A DNA stretch of 64,000 nt, taken from assembly GCA_965217185.1 (NCBI GenBank), contig OZ244252.1, positions 1,344,001-1,408,000 on the forward strand. Direction: 5' to 3'. Of this stretch, positions 9,763-18,124 are shown one piece after another. The stretch's first letter is position 1. The number at the start of each line of letters is the position of its first letter. Origin of the DNA: an uncultured Candidatus Entotheonella sp. Lineage in GTDB: Bacteria; Tectomicrobia; Entotheonellia; Entotheonellales; Entotheonellaceae. A model generated the notes under the pieces. It had not been told where the DNA came from, ran no database searches, and worked only from the letters and a program-made list of their open reading frames with translations. The position numbers were made by a program, and so were the translations under genes.

Positions 9763-10800
9763 TCAGGCAGCGTGCTCATGTGTCCAATCCCGCACGGCCT
9801 TCGGGATCTCCAGCAGGTTTTCCAGCTTGGTGGCCAGGGGGATGGCGCACTCGGGGGCAATCAGGTTTACCCCGGCGTCCAGGCAGCGATAGACCTCCTG
9901 GCGCACCTCCTCGGGTCCGCGGGCGTAAAGCGTTTCGGGATTGTTGATGTTGCCCACCAGGGCGATGCGGCCATCGACGATGTCCATCGCCTGCTGCGGG
10001 TCGTTCTTGGAATCGAAGTGAAAGGCCGCCATGCCGGTGCGGGCGATGTAGTCCATGCGATCCAGCGTGTTGCCGCAGATGTGCAGGATCAGCGGTACTT
10101 TCAGGCGCTCGACCATTTCCTGGTGAAGCTCCAGCAGGAAGCGTTCGTAATACTCACCGCTGACCAAGTCGCCGGTGGCGTGATCGGGAAAGGTCAGCGC
10201 GTCGGCGCCGGCTTCGATTTGCGCCTCCCCGAACAGCACCGATATTTCTTTCAACTTGTGCAGGCAGAGCATGGTCGCGTCCGGATCGTCAACGGTCATC
10301 AGCAAAAAATGCTCGACTCCAAACACGTGGTAGGCCAGCGTCCACGGCCCCATGGTCTTGCCGATGATGGCCACCTCGTCGCCGAATTCCTGCTTGAGCA
10401 TGCGAAGCGATCCCGTGATGGCGACGTTGTCACGGTGGTTCAGAAATCCGGCGGGCACGCGAATATCGTCCAGACCCTTCCAGACGGGATTGCTCATGCG
10501 CACGGTGGGCCAGTTGTCCTTCTCCTCCCACTGCATCTCGCAACCAAGGGCCGACGACTCCTGGATGATGGTGAAATACGGCATGATGGAGTCGAAGCCC
10601 AGCTCCGTGTAACCGGTGGCCGCCAGGCGAGCCGCCAGTTCCGGGTCGCGGCACGCTTCGGGAAACGGCGCGTCCATCATGTCCATCAACTCCACCGTCG
10701 CCACATTGGTGGGATTGGAAACCGGCGTGCGGTCAACGGGTTTACCGTTCAGGGCGTTCATCACCCGCTCACGGGGAGTCATGGTCTCTTGGAATGGCAT
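9763..10800 (-). CDS. MtaA/CmuA-family methyltransferase (URO-D fold)
   Basis: MTPRERV start, GPWTLA, Zn ligands LHICG and APEC, GNINN. Confidence 0.88.
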   Translation of the reverse strand: MPFQETMTPRERVMNALNGKPVDRTPVSNPTNVATVELMDMMDAPFPEACRDPELAARLAATGYTELGFDSIMPYFTIIQESSALGCEMQWEEKDNWPTVRMSNPVWKGLDDIRVPAGFLNHRDNVAITGSLRMLKQEFGDEVAIIGKTMGPWTLAYHVFGVEHFLLMTVDDPDATMLCLHKLKEISVLFGEAQIEAGADALTFPDHATGDLVSGEYYERFLLELHQEMVERLKVPLILHICGNTLDRMDYIARTGMAAFHFDSKNDPQQAMDIVDGRIALVGNINNPETLYARGPEEVRQEVYRCLDAGVNLIAPECAIPLATKLENLLEIPKAVRDWTHEHAA

Positions 10801-10845
10801 GTCGGCGCCTCCTCTGGGCAGGGAATCGAGTGCGGGAAAAAGTAA

Positions 10846-11526
10846 CTACGTGGCCGAAAAGCCAAGAGTTCCGGTGGTCATCTGGCCGCGCAGGGCCTCG
10901 GCGGCCATCATGCCCTCAACGCTGGATATGTTACGGGAATACGGCAACAGCAACCGGGCCAACTCGTCGTGGCGTGCGCCGCAGGGGAACATGACCTGCG
11001 TGTCGCTGACCTTGTTCATCCCGCCGTAGCGCATGAAACCGGCGACCACCATGCGCAGCCGCACCATCGGGTTCGGCGCCTCGCCCTCACCGGAAACCCC
11101 GTACAGCCACTTGCCGTCCTGCTCCTCACCGGCAATCTTGAGCAGCAGCGGCGATTTCGAGTCCTTGATCGACATCTCGCCCTGCGGCGGCGCGAAATCC
11201 GGCGCCTTGCCAACCGCCTGGTTGAGCAAGAACCTGACCGGCCTGATGTGCAACTGGCCGCACGACGGTATGGCCTGGTTGTAGGTGCTCTCAACTGGCT
11301 TCATGCCGCCGAGGACGACGAACTGATCGCGGATTTTCTCGATGCGCGCCTCCACGCCGGGCTTGCGGCTGAAGGTCCAGATGGTGAAGACGCCATCCTT
11401 GACGTACAAGCCGACGCTGATGTCGCCGAAATTCGGGTCCATCGGGACGAGTTCCAGGCATTTGCCGTATTGTTCAAGAACGTCGGCAACGCGCGGTTTC
11501 GACGCAGCCTTTGCTTCAGCCATCAT
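10846..11526 (-). CDS. Hypothetical protein with an internal duplication (two GGM...CGxxH modules)
   Basis: 226-aa ORF whose start overlaps the upstream stop (ATGA); operon-typical codon usage. Confidence 0.75.
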   Translation of the reverse strand: MMAEAKAASKPRVADVLEQYGKCLELVPMDPNFGDISVGLYVKDGVFTIWTFSRKPGVEARIEKIRDQFVVLGGMKPVESTYNQAIPSCGQLHIRPVRFLLNQAVGKAPDFAPPQGEMSIKDSKSPLLLKIAGEEQDGKWLYGVSGEGEAPNPMVRLRMVVAGFMRYGGMNKVSDTQVMFPCGARHDELARLLLPYSRNISSVEGMMAAEALRGQMTTGTLGFSAT

Positions 11527-12431
11527 GTCTTCCTTCTGAGAGTCTCAACGAGCGTGCGGATATGATCGGGCGCCGTGCCGCAGCAGCCGCCCACGATGTT
11601 GACGCCCACGTCACGCACCAGCGTTTCAAAGCGTTCGGCCATGTAAGCCGGGGTTTCGGGATAGACGATCTGGCCGCCCTTGATCGCCGGGATGCCGGCG
11701 TTGGAATGGATGAGCAGATAGCCGTCGGTGGCTGCCCGCAACTCACGCGCCAACTCGACCATCACGTCAATACCGTTGCCGCAATTGGCCCCGACGATGT
11801 CGGCGCCAGCGCCTTCCAATTCCTTGACCCCCCGCTCCGGCGTCACCCCCATCATGGTGAAAAAGCCGCGCGGCCCTTTGTCGAACGTCATGGTGGCAAT
11901 CACGGTGAGGTTGGTATGCTCGCGCGCGGCCTTGATGGCCAGGGCAGATTCCTCCACGGCAGTCATGGTCTCGATGACGACGCCGTCGGCCCCACCCTCT
12001 TCCAAGGCGGTAATCTGCTCGACGAAGGCGTCGTACATTTCTGCCTCGCTGACCTCGCCCAGCGGCTCCAGGAACTCGCCGGTCGGCCCCACGGAGCCGA
12101 TCACGTAGCATCCCGCCGGCCTTTGGCTGCGGGCGTGTTCTGCCGCCAAGCGGTCGAACTCGCGGACGCGGTCCCCGAAACCGTATTTCTTCTGCATGAA
12201 CTTGCTGCCGCCGAAAGAATTGGTCAGCACCATGTCGGAGCCGGCATCGAAGTACGCCTTCGCCATGCCCTTGACGACATCCGAGTGCGTGGCGTTGAAC
12301 TCCTCCGGGCAACCGCCCGGCTCCAGCCCGTGTTGCTGCAGGTAGGTCCCGGTGGCGCCGTCCGAAATAAGGAAACCACCCTGCGCCAAGCGTTCCGGGA
12401 TGGTCAGCGGTGCGGTATCGGTTTCGGGCAT
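11523..12431 (-). CDS. Homocysteine S-methyltransferase family protein (stand-alone MetH Hcy-binding domain)
   Basis: DGATGT, TNSFG, GSVGPTG, IETM, GANCG, SNAG, GGCCG Zn ligands. Confidence 0.92.
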   Translation of the reverse strand: MPETDTAPLTIPERLAQGGFLISDGATGTYLQQHGLEPGGCPEEFNATHSDVVKGMAKAYFDAGSDMVLTNSFGGSKFMQKKYGFGDRVREFDRLAAEHARSQRPAGCYVIGSVGPTGEFLEPLGEVSEAEMYDAFVEQITALEEGGADGVVIETMTAVEESALAIKAAREHTNLTVIATMTFDKGPRGFFTMMGVTPERGVKELEGAGADIVGANCGNGIDVMVELARELRAATDGYLLIHSNAGIPAIKGGQIVYPETPAYMAERFETLVRDVGVNIVGGCCGTAPDHIRTLVETLRRKT

Positions 12432-12452
12432 ATCCAATTTCTCCGCAAGTTC

Positions 12453-12791
12453 CTATTCAATCCAGTGGTCGGCGGCGCCCGGACGCGGGTCGCGCTGGCC
12501 AGCTGAATTCAAATCGCGTATACGGGCCGTAAAATCCTGGGGGAAACCGTTGTTGTAACGCTTCGCTACCGCTGCGGCGGCCTCTTCCGCACTGCCTTCA
12601 ACTTCTGTCTCGCTACCCCACTCCCAGGCCATCAGGTAGTCGTCGCTGCCGCTGCTGCCGTCGAACATCGAAATGGCGTCGACGCCCTGCTGAAAGCGCT
12701 CGTGCAGTGGTTTGGAGACCTGGCCGTCGTCGTCTTCGGCCTGGACTTGCACCGGGACTTCTTTCCAATACATCACGCGCACGGTTGCCAC
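12453..12791 (-). CDS. 'Virulence factor' domain (PF13769-like) small protein, usually found near corrinoid methyltransferase genes
   Basis: MYWKEVPVQV...LHERFQQGVD...GSDDYLMAW pattern. Confidence 0.72.
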   Translation of the reverse strand: MATVRVMYWKEVPVQVQAEDDDGQVSKPLHERFQQGVDAISMFDGSSGSDDYLMAWEWGSETEVEGSAEEAAAAVAKRYNNGFPQDFTARIRDLNSAGQRDPRPGAADHWIE

Positions 12792-12900
12792 GGGTTCCCC
12801 ACGTTTCCCTATCGTTCAAGTGGTGCCTAGAATACATGATAACCGGCACCCTGCAAAGCCCCCGCCACGCACGAGAGCCGGGGTATAATCCCCAAAGCGC

Positions 12901-12936
12901 CATTCCGGGCTTAACCCCGGATCAAGTCCGGGTGAC
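12901..12936. repeat. REP-like palindrome
   Basis: CCCGGATCAAGTCCGGG hairpin with a TGAC tail, intergenic. Confidence 0.55.
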
Positions 12937-13045
12937 GTTCTTTCGCCGGGAGTGACGGCCTGGGGACTTACTTCCAATACCTTTTATGTGGGCAGCAAGC
13001 CCCAGGTGATTCCTGGCCATCAGCATGAAAGGCTTACGTTCAACC

Positions 13046-16000
13046 ATGCCACAGACCCGACCGGAGCACCCACTTCACAGAGCCCTGCAAACGTTGGCCA
13101 GCACGGTGACGGCCAAAATGGCGCAGGTGACCACGGGCTCACCGGAAGACCAGCTACGCGCCCCGTTCGAGACCTTCATGGCCGCTGCCGCCCAGACATT
13201 AGGCTGGAACGTCGTCTGCACGGGTGAAACACCCCTGCCCGACCGCCTCGGGCGCCCGGATTACGCCGTGCATCTCAACCAACTGCTGGCTGGATACGTC
13301 GAGATCAAGGCGCCCGGCGTTGGTGCCACCGCCAGCCGGTTCAAGGGCCATAACCGCGACCAGTTCAAGCGCTTCTCGGCCATCCCGAACATTCTCTACA
13401 CCGACGGCAACGAATGGGCGCTCTACCGAGACGGCAAACCTGTGGACCGGGTCGTGCGTCTGTCGGGCGACGTTGCCGCCGACGGCAGCCAGGCGACCAC
13501 GCTTCAGGACGCGCACGCCGTCGAACGCCTGTTGCGCGATTTTCTCTCGTGGCAGCCGTTCGTCCCCACCGACCGAACGGGCAAAATTGATCTCAAGGGC
13601 TTTGCCGCACTGCTCGCCCCCCTGTGTCGCATGCTGCGTGACGACGTGACCGATGCCCTCAAGCGGCCGGCTTCGCCCCTGGTGCAACTGGCGCGGGACT
13701 GGCGGCAGCTCCTCTTTCCCGACGCATCCGACGATCAGTTTGCCGACGCCTACGCCCAGACCGTGACCTTTGCGTTGCTGCTGGGTCGCAGCGAAGACAC
13801 CGCCGATACGTTTACGCTCGAAAGCGCCGAGGCTGCGCTCGCCGCCCAGCACAACCTGCTGGCGCGCGCCCTGCAAGTTCTGACGGACCCCAATGCCCGC
13901 GCCGACATCGCCGCGTCCCTCGATCTGCTGCTGCGCGTCATCGCGGTGGTGCCGCCCGCCGCGCTGACGGCTCCCGGCGATGACCCCTGGCTCTATTTCT
14001 ACGAGGATTTCCTGGCCGTTTATGATCCCAAGCTGCGTAAGGACGCCGGCGTCTACTACACTCCGGTCGAGGTGGTACGCGCCCAGGTGCGCCTGATCGA
14101 TGACCTGCTCGTTCATCGCCTGGGTAAACCGCTGGGTTTCGCCGACCCTGGTGTCGTCACCCTTGATCCGGCGGTTGGCACCGGGACCTATCTGCTCGGC
14201 GTTATCGAGCACGCCCTCGCCCGCGTTGAGGCCGAGCAGGGCGCGGGCGCTGTGGCGGGCCAAGCCACCGCGCTGGCTGATAACGTGTATGGATTCGAGC
14301 TGATGGTCGGCGCTTACTCGGTGGCGGAACTGCGCGTCAGCCGCGCTCTGCGCGACCGCGGCGCGCAACTGCCCGCGGACGGCACGCACGTTTACCTGAC
14401 TGACACCCTCGAAAGCCCGCACGCCGAAACGCCGCAACTGCCGCTGTTCCTGCACCCCATCGCGGCGCAGCACGCCCGCGCGCTCGAAGTGAAAAGCACC
14501 GTGCCGGTCATCGTCTGCCTGGGCAATCCGCCCTATGACCGGCACGAAGCCGCCACCGGTGACAACAAGGCCCGCACCGGCGGCTGGGTGCGCTGGGGCG
14601 ACGACGGCGAGCCCGCCATTTTTCACGATTTCCTCGCCCCGGTTGTCGCTGCCGGGCACGGCGGCCACCTCAAGAATCTCTACAACCTGTATGTCTACTT
14701 CTGGCGCTGGGCGTTGTGGAAGGTCTTTGAGCATCAGACGGCGCACGGGCCGGGCGTGATCAGTTTCATCAGCGCGTCGAGCTATCTCGACGGCGACGCC
14801 TTCGGCGGCATGCGCGAGCACCTGCGGCGGCAGTGCGACGACGTCTGGATCCTCGACCTCGGCGGCGAGGGACGCGGCGCCCGCAGGAGCGACAACGTGT
14901 TTGCCATCCAGACGCCCGTCGCCATCGCCGTGGCCGTGCGTGCGGAGGCGGCGAAGCGGGACATACCCGCCGCGGTTCGCTATGCCCGCATCGAAGGAAC
15001 GCGCGATGAAAAACTTGCCGCCCTCGACGCCATCACCCGTTTTTCGGCGGTTGCCTGGCAGGACTGCCCGGCTGACTGGCAGGCTCCTTTCCGTCCGGCT
15101 GGCCGGGGTGCTTATTTCGATTGGCCGTTGTTGACCGATTTGATGCCGTGGCAGCATTCGGGCGTCCAATTGAAGCGGACCTGGCCGATTGCGCCGGATG
15201 CAGAAACCCTGGAGCGCCGTTGGCATGGCCTGCTGAATGCTGAGGATAGGTCCACGGCATTTCGTGGAACGGGCGACCGCGAGGTTCATGGCACCTATGA
15301 CGTCGCCTTGATAAGGGCGAATGACTCGACCCCGATTTCCAATCTGCCGAGTGACGCGCCCATACCGGAGGTGCAGCGTTACGCTTATCGCTCCTTTGAC
15401 CGCCACTGCATCATTGTGGACGGTCGTTTGATGTCCCGCCCGCGTCCCGACCTCTGGCGGGCTCACAGCGAGCGACAGGTGTATGTGACAAGCCTGTTGA
15501 CCAAATTTCTTGGGGCTGGACCGGCGCTTACAGCCTGCGCAGTCACCCCCGACTTAGACCATTTCTCAGGCCGCGGCGCAAAGGACACGATTCCCCTCTA
15601 CCGCACCGCCGACGCATCACAGGCGAATATCCTGCCCGGTCTGCTCGATATCCTTGGCACGGCATTTCAGTGCCACGTCACCCCCGAAGATTTTCTGGCC
15701 TATGTCTACGGTGCGCTGGCGCAGCCGGCCTTCACGGCGTGTTTCGCTGGTGAGTTGGAGACGCGGGATCTGCGCGTGCCCATCACCAAGGACGCCGCGC
15801 TGTTCGAGCAAGTCCGCGCCGTCGGCGCCCGGCTGCTCTGGCTGCACACCTACGGCGAACGGTTCGTACCCGAGGACGGGCAGCGGGGCCGCGTGCCGTC
15901 CGGTGCAGCGCGATGCATCCAGGCTGTTCCCGGCGACGCCGACAGTTACCCCGACACGTTTACCTACGCCGCCGCGACCCGTACGCTCCACGTCGGCGAT

Positions 16001-16351
16001 GGCGCGTTCGCCCCCGTTGAACCCGAAATTTACGAGTTCGAGGTTTCGGGCCTCAAGGTCGTGCAATCGTGGCTCAAGTACCGCATGAAGCATGGAGCCG
16101 GGCGCAAGTCATCGCCCCTGGACGATATCCGACCGGCGCGCTGGACCAGCGCGTTCACCACCGAATTGCTGGAATTGCTGTGGGTACTGGAGGCAACCGT
16201 GGCGGGCTATCCTGAACAGGAGAATCTGTTCAAGACCGTTGTCGAAGGTGTTTGTTTCCAGGCCGACGACCTGCCGCCCGTCCCGGACGACAGGCGCAAG
16301 CCGCCGCGAGCGCGTCCTTTTGGGGACGATCTGTTTGGCTTGCATGGCTGA
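13046..16351 (+). CDS. Single-chain restriction-modification enzyme (N6-adenine MTase + N-terminal PD-(D/E)XK nuclease + Type ISP-like C-terminal specificity domain)
   Basis: RPDY...GYVEIK nuclease motif, GVYYTP, LDPAVGTGTY (motif I), GNPPY (motif IV), YAYRSFD, C-terminal FEVSGLKVVQSWLKYR. Confidence 0.88.
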   Translation: MPQTRPEHPLHRALQTLASTVTAKMAQVTTGSPEDQLRAPFETFMAAAAQTLGWNVVCTGETPLPDRLGRPDYAVHLNQLLAGYVEIKAPGVGATASRFKGHNRDQFKRFSAIPNILYTDGNEWALYRDGKPVDRVVRLSGDVAADGSQATTLQDAHAVERLLRDFLSWQPFVPTDRTGKIDLKGFAALLAPLCRMLRDDVTDALKRPASPLVQLARDWRQLLFPDASDDQFADAYAQTVTFALLLGRSEDTADTFTLESAEAALAAQHNLLARALQVLTDPNARADIAASLDLLLRVIAVVPPAALTAPGDDPWLYFYEDFLAVYDPKLRKDAGVYYTPVEVVRAQVRLIDDLLVHRLGKPLGFADPGVVTLDPAVGTGTYLLGVIEHALARVEAEQGAGAVAGQATALADNVYGFELMVGAYSVAELRVSRALRDRGAQLPADGTHVYLTDTLESPHAETPQLPLFLHPIAAQHARALEVKSTVPVIVCLGNPPYDRHEAATGDNKARTGGWVRWGDDGEPAIFHDFLAPVVAAGHGGHLKNLYNLYVYFWRWALWKVFEHQTAHGPGVISFISASSYLDGDAFGGMREHLRRQCDDVWILDLGGEGRGARRSDNVFAIQTPVAIAVAVRAEAAKRDIPAAVRYARIEGTRDEKLAALDAITRFSAVAWQDCPADWQAPFRPAGRGAYFDWPLLTDLMPWQHSGVQLKRTWPIAPDAETLERRWHGLLNAEDRSTAFRGTGDREVHGTYDVALIRANDSTPISNLPSDAPIPEVQRYAYRSFDRHCIIVDGRLMSRPRPDLWRAHSERQVYVTSLLTKFLGAGPALTACAVTPDLDHFSGRGAKDTIPLYRTADASQANILPGLLDILGTAFQCHVTPEDFLAYVYGALAQPAFTACFAGELETRDLRVPITKDAALFEQVRAVGARLLWLHTYGERFVPEDGQRGRVPSGAARCIQAVPGDADSYPDTFTYAAATRTLHVGDGAFAPVEPEIYEFEVSGLKVVQSWLKYRMKHGAGRKSSPLDDIRPARWTSAFTTELLELLWVLEATVAGYPEQENLFKTVVEGVCFQADDLPPVPDDRRKPPRARPFGDDLFGLHG

Positions 16352-16409
16352 GGTGGACTCGGACCCGAAAACACACGAATTCTGTCCAGACCTATCGGAA
16401 TCCCCGAGT

Positions 16410-16823
16410 TCAAGAGCGCTCTATGGCTGGCGCCAAGGTTGGAATCATTTGGCGACCGTTCTTGCGGTAGCCAGAGTGAAGATAACTCCTTCCGTATACC
16501 GTTCCGCCATCCGCACAAGGCAGGCGTCCGCGAAGGACATGGGAACGTCCTGGTATTTCTTCAATAGCCGAGCAGCAGCGTCGGTTTCTTCAAGCAAGTG
16601 AAACGACAAGTCTCAGGATGCCGCGCTGTATCAAGTCCATCACGGTTGCCTGCCCTCCCGTAAAGCGTCGGACCAGAAAACAGGCCTCGGCCAGGACGGC
16701 TTCGCAGGTAAACAGCGGCGGCGCAATTTGCGCCCATTGATCCCTTGCCCACTGATGATGCCGGTCGCCTCGATTCAATAGGGTAACCAATGGACCGGTA
16801 TCAAGTATGACGTGGCGTATCAC
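16410..16823 (-). pseudogene. vapC: VapC/PIN toxin pseudogene
   Basis: ILDTGPL...TCEAVLAEA; +1 shift near 16612 continues as YQDVPMSFADACLVRMAE; second lesion near 16470 removes the TLD-SDF motif, then YRKNGRQMIPTLAP. Confidence 0.85.
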
Positions 16824-17059
16824 CGCCCGAAATCCCTCAGATAGTCCTTGTTTACGGACAAGTCCTCTGGGCCGGACAGCACGCCTACGAGATCGGCCGC
16901 CCGAGACAGCGCAGACTCATGGTGTTCGGCTCCATCCGTTTGCAAATATGCCTCCAGGGCATTTCGAATCAGCACAGACTTGCTCACACCTTTTTGTCGT
17001 GCGGCATCTTCAAGCCTGATGGCAAGTGTTTCGGGAATCTTCAGCGATATCGTATTCAT
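16820..17059 (-). CDS. CopG/RHH antitoxin
   Basis: MNTISLKIPE...GVSKSVLIRNALE; C-terminal GPEDLSVNKDYL; stop overlaps the vapC start. Confidence 0.85.
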   Translation of the reverse strand: MNTISLKIPETLAIRLEDAARQKGVSKSVLIRNALEAYLQTDGAEHHESALSRAADLVGVLSGPEDLSVNKDYLRDFGR

Positions 17060-17128
17060 TAACACCTCAACACCTCAACGATTAGCTACCAAGGTCAAGA
17101 CTTCTGAATTGCGCCAGTATTCGTGTGT

Positions 17129-17232
17129 TTAGAGCGTTTTCGCGCGACTGTATGGGATACTCGCAGCAGGCTGAACAACCCCGAGTACCCGATGCCGCAA
17201 TAAGCCAGACATACGAACGCAAACCGCTCTAA
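17129..17232. mobile_element. MITE family A copy 1 (about 104 bp)
   Basis: Ends TTAGAGCGTTTT...AAACCGCTCTAA; shares CCGATGCCGCAATA.GCCAGACATACGAACGCAAACCGCTCTAA with 25877-25981. Confidence 0.75.
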
Positions 17233-17315
17233 GAGTCTGCTCCTTAAGCCGTGAGTGGCTCTGCTGCCAGACTCCCGCCTCACTCGTGCCTTTGAGTTGG
17301 CGGATAACTTCTGGA

Positions 17316-17600
17316 TCACGCCTCTCCCTGATCCGCGTCGTCTGAAAGGTCGACCGGTCCCTTCACGTCTCCGCTTCGCGGATGCGGCAACCGCGCCCCG
17401 GTGAGCCTGACGATCATCGTCTCCCCACCGTCATTGAGCGAATCGTTGACCAACCAGACGGTCATCCCGCACGTGGTCTCCCCGGGAAAGAAGAACAGCG
17501 TGTACCGCAGTTTCCGAAAGTCCACCCCCTCGGTGGCTGTTCCTTCGTTGGTGGTCTTGAAGTCAACCTCCACTATGTCGTCCCTTGGCGCACAGTGCAC
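17316..17600 (-). pseudogene. Calx-beta domain fragment
   Basis: VDFKTTNEGTATEGVDF...LFFFPGETT...VWLVNDSLNDGGETMIVRL; no credible start. Confidence 0.65.
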
Positions 17601-18124
17601 TCTCCGTGCCGCAAGCCTTAGGTTCCAGCGAGTAAGTGGCGCGGCGAGACGCGGTTTCATGCCTGCAACTCGGTGCGATGGGGTGTCATGAGGCATCGGG
17701 AGAGACACTTTTAGACAAAATGCATATATGCCATAGACCATAAATTTTTGTATGCAAGGACTTTGTCTGGTTTATGTTACAGTCTCCTCCCGTCCGGTGG
17801 CGGCTTGGCTGCGGCCACCGCGCCGGGGTTGGAAAACGCAACCCGGGAGGGAAGCAGGGTAATGAGTTCGATTGGTGCGACGTGGTTTGAAGGTTTTGGG
17901 TTGACGGCTGAAGGCGTTGGCCTTGGCCGAACCCCGAAGCCATGACTGCGCCTCGGGCGCGGGACGACAACCACCCGCCTTGCATCATATGTCTTCACGG
18001 CGGGCAAGAACCGTAGCTACACGCGCTCGGGCGACGTGAGGGCAAGCAGCATGCGCATGCACTGCCGGAGCGAGCCGGCAACAACCGAACAACACCTGTA
18101 AACGCCCGCAAAGGAGACTTCAGC

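Noticed and set aside
12453..12791. Virulence role for the 'virulence factor' domain protein
   Set aside because: The name is a family label; the gene context points to corrinoid methyl transfer
12792..12900. Cobalamin riboswitch upstream of the corrinoid operon
   Set aside because: GCCCCCGCCAC resembles part of the motif but lies on the wrong strand and lacks the GGGAA and ACTG core elements
13199..15466. 755-aa antisense ORF and similar long shadow ORFs (3911-4921, 9673-10845, 37768-39000, 40758-42122)
   Set aside because: They overlap well-supported genes, have no motifs, and are expected by-products of high-GC codon bias
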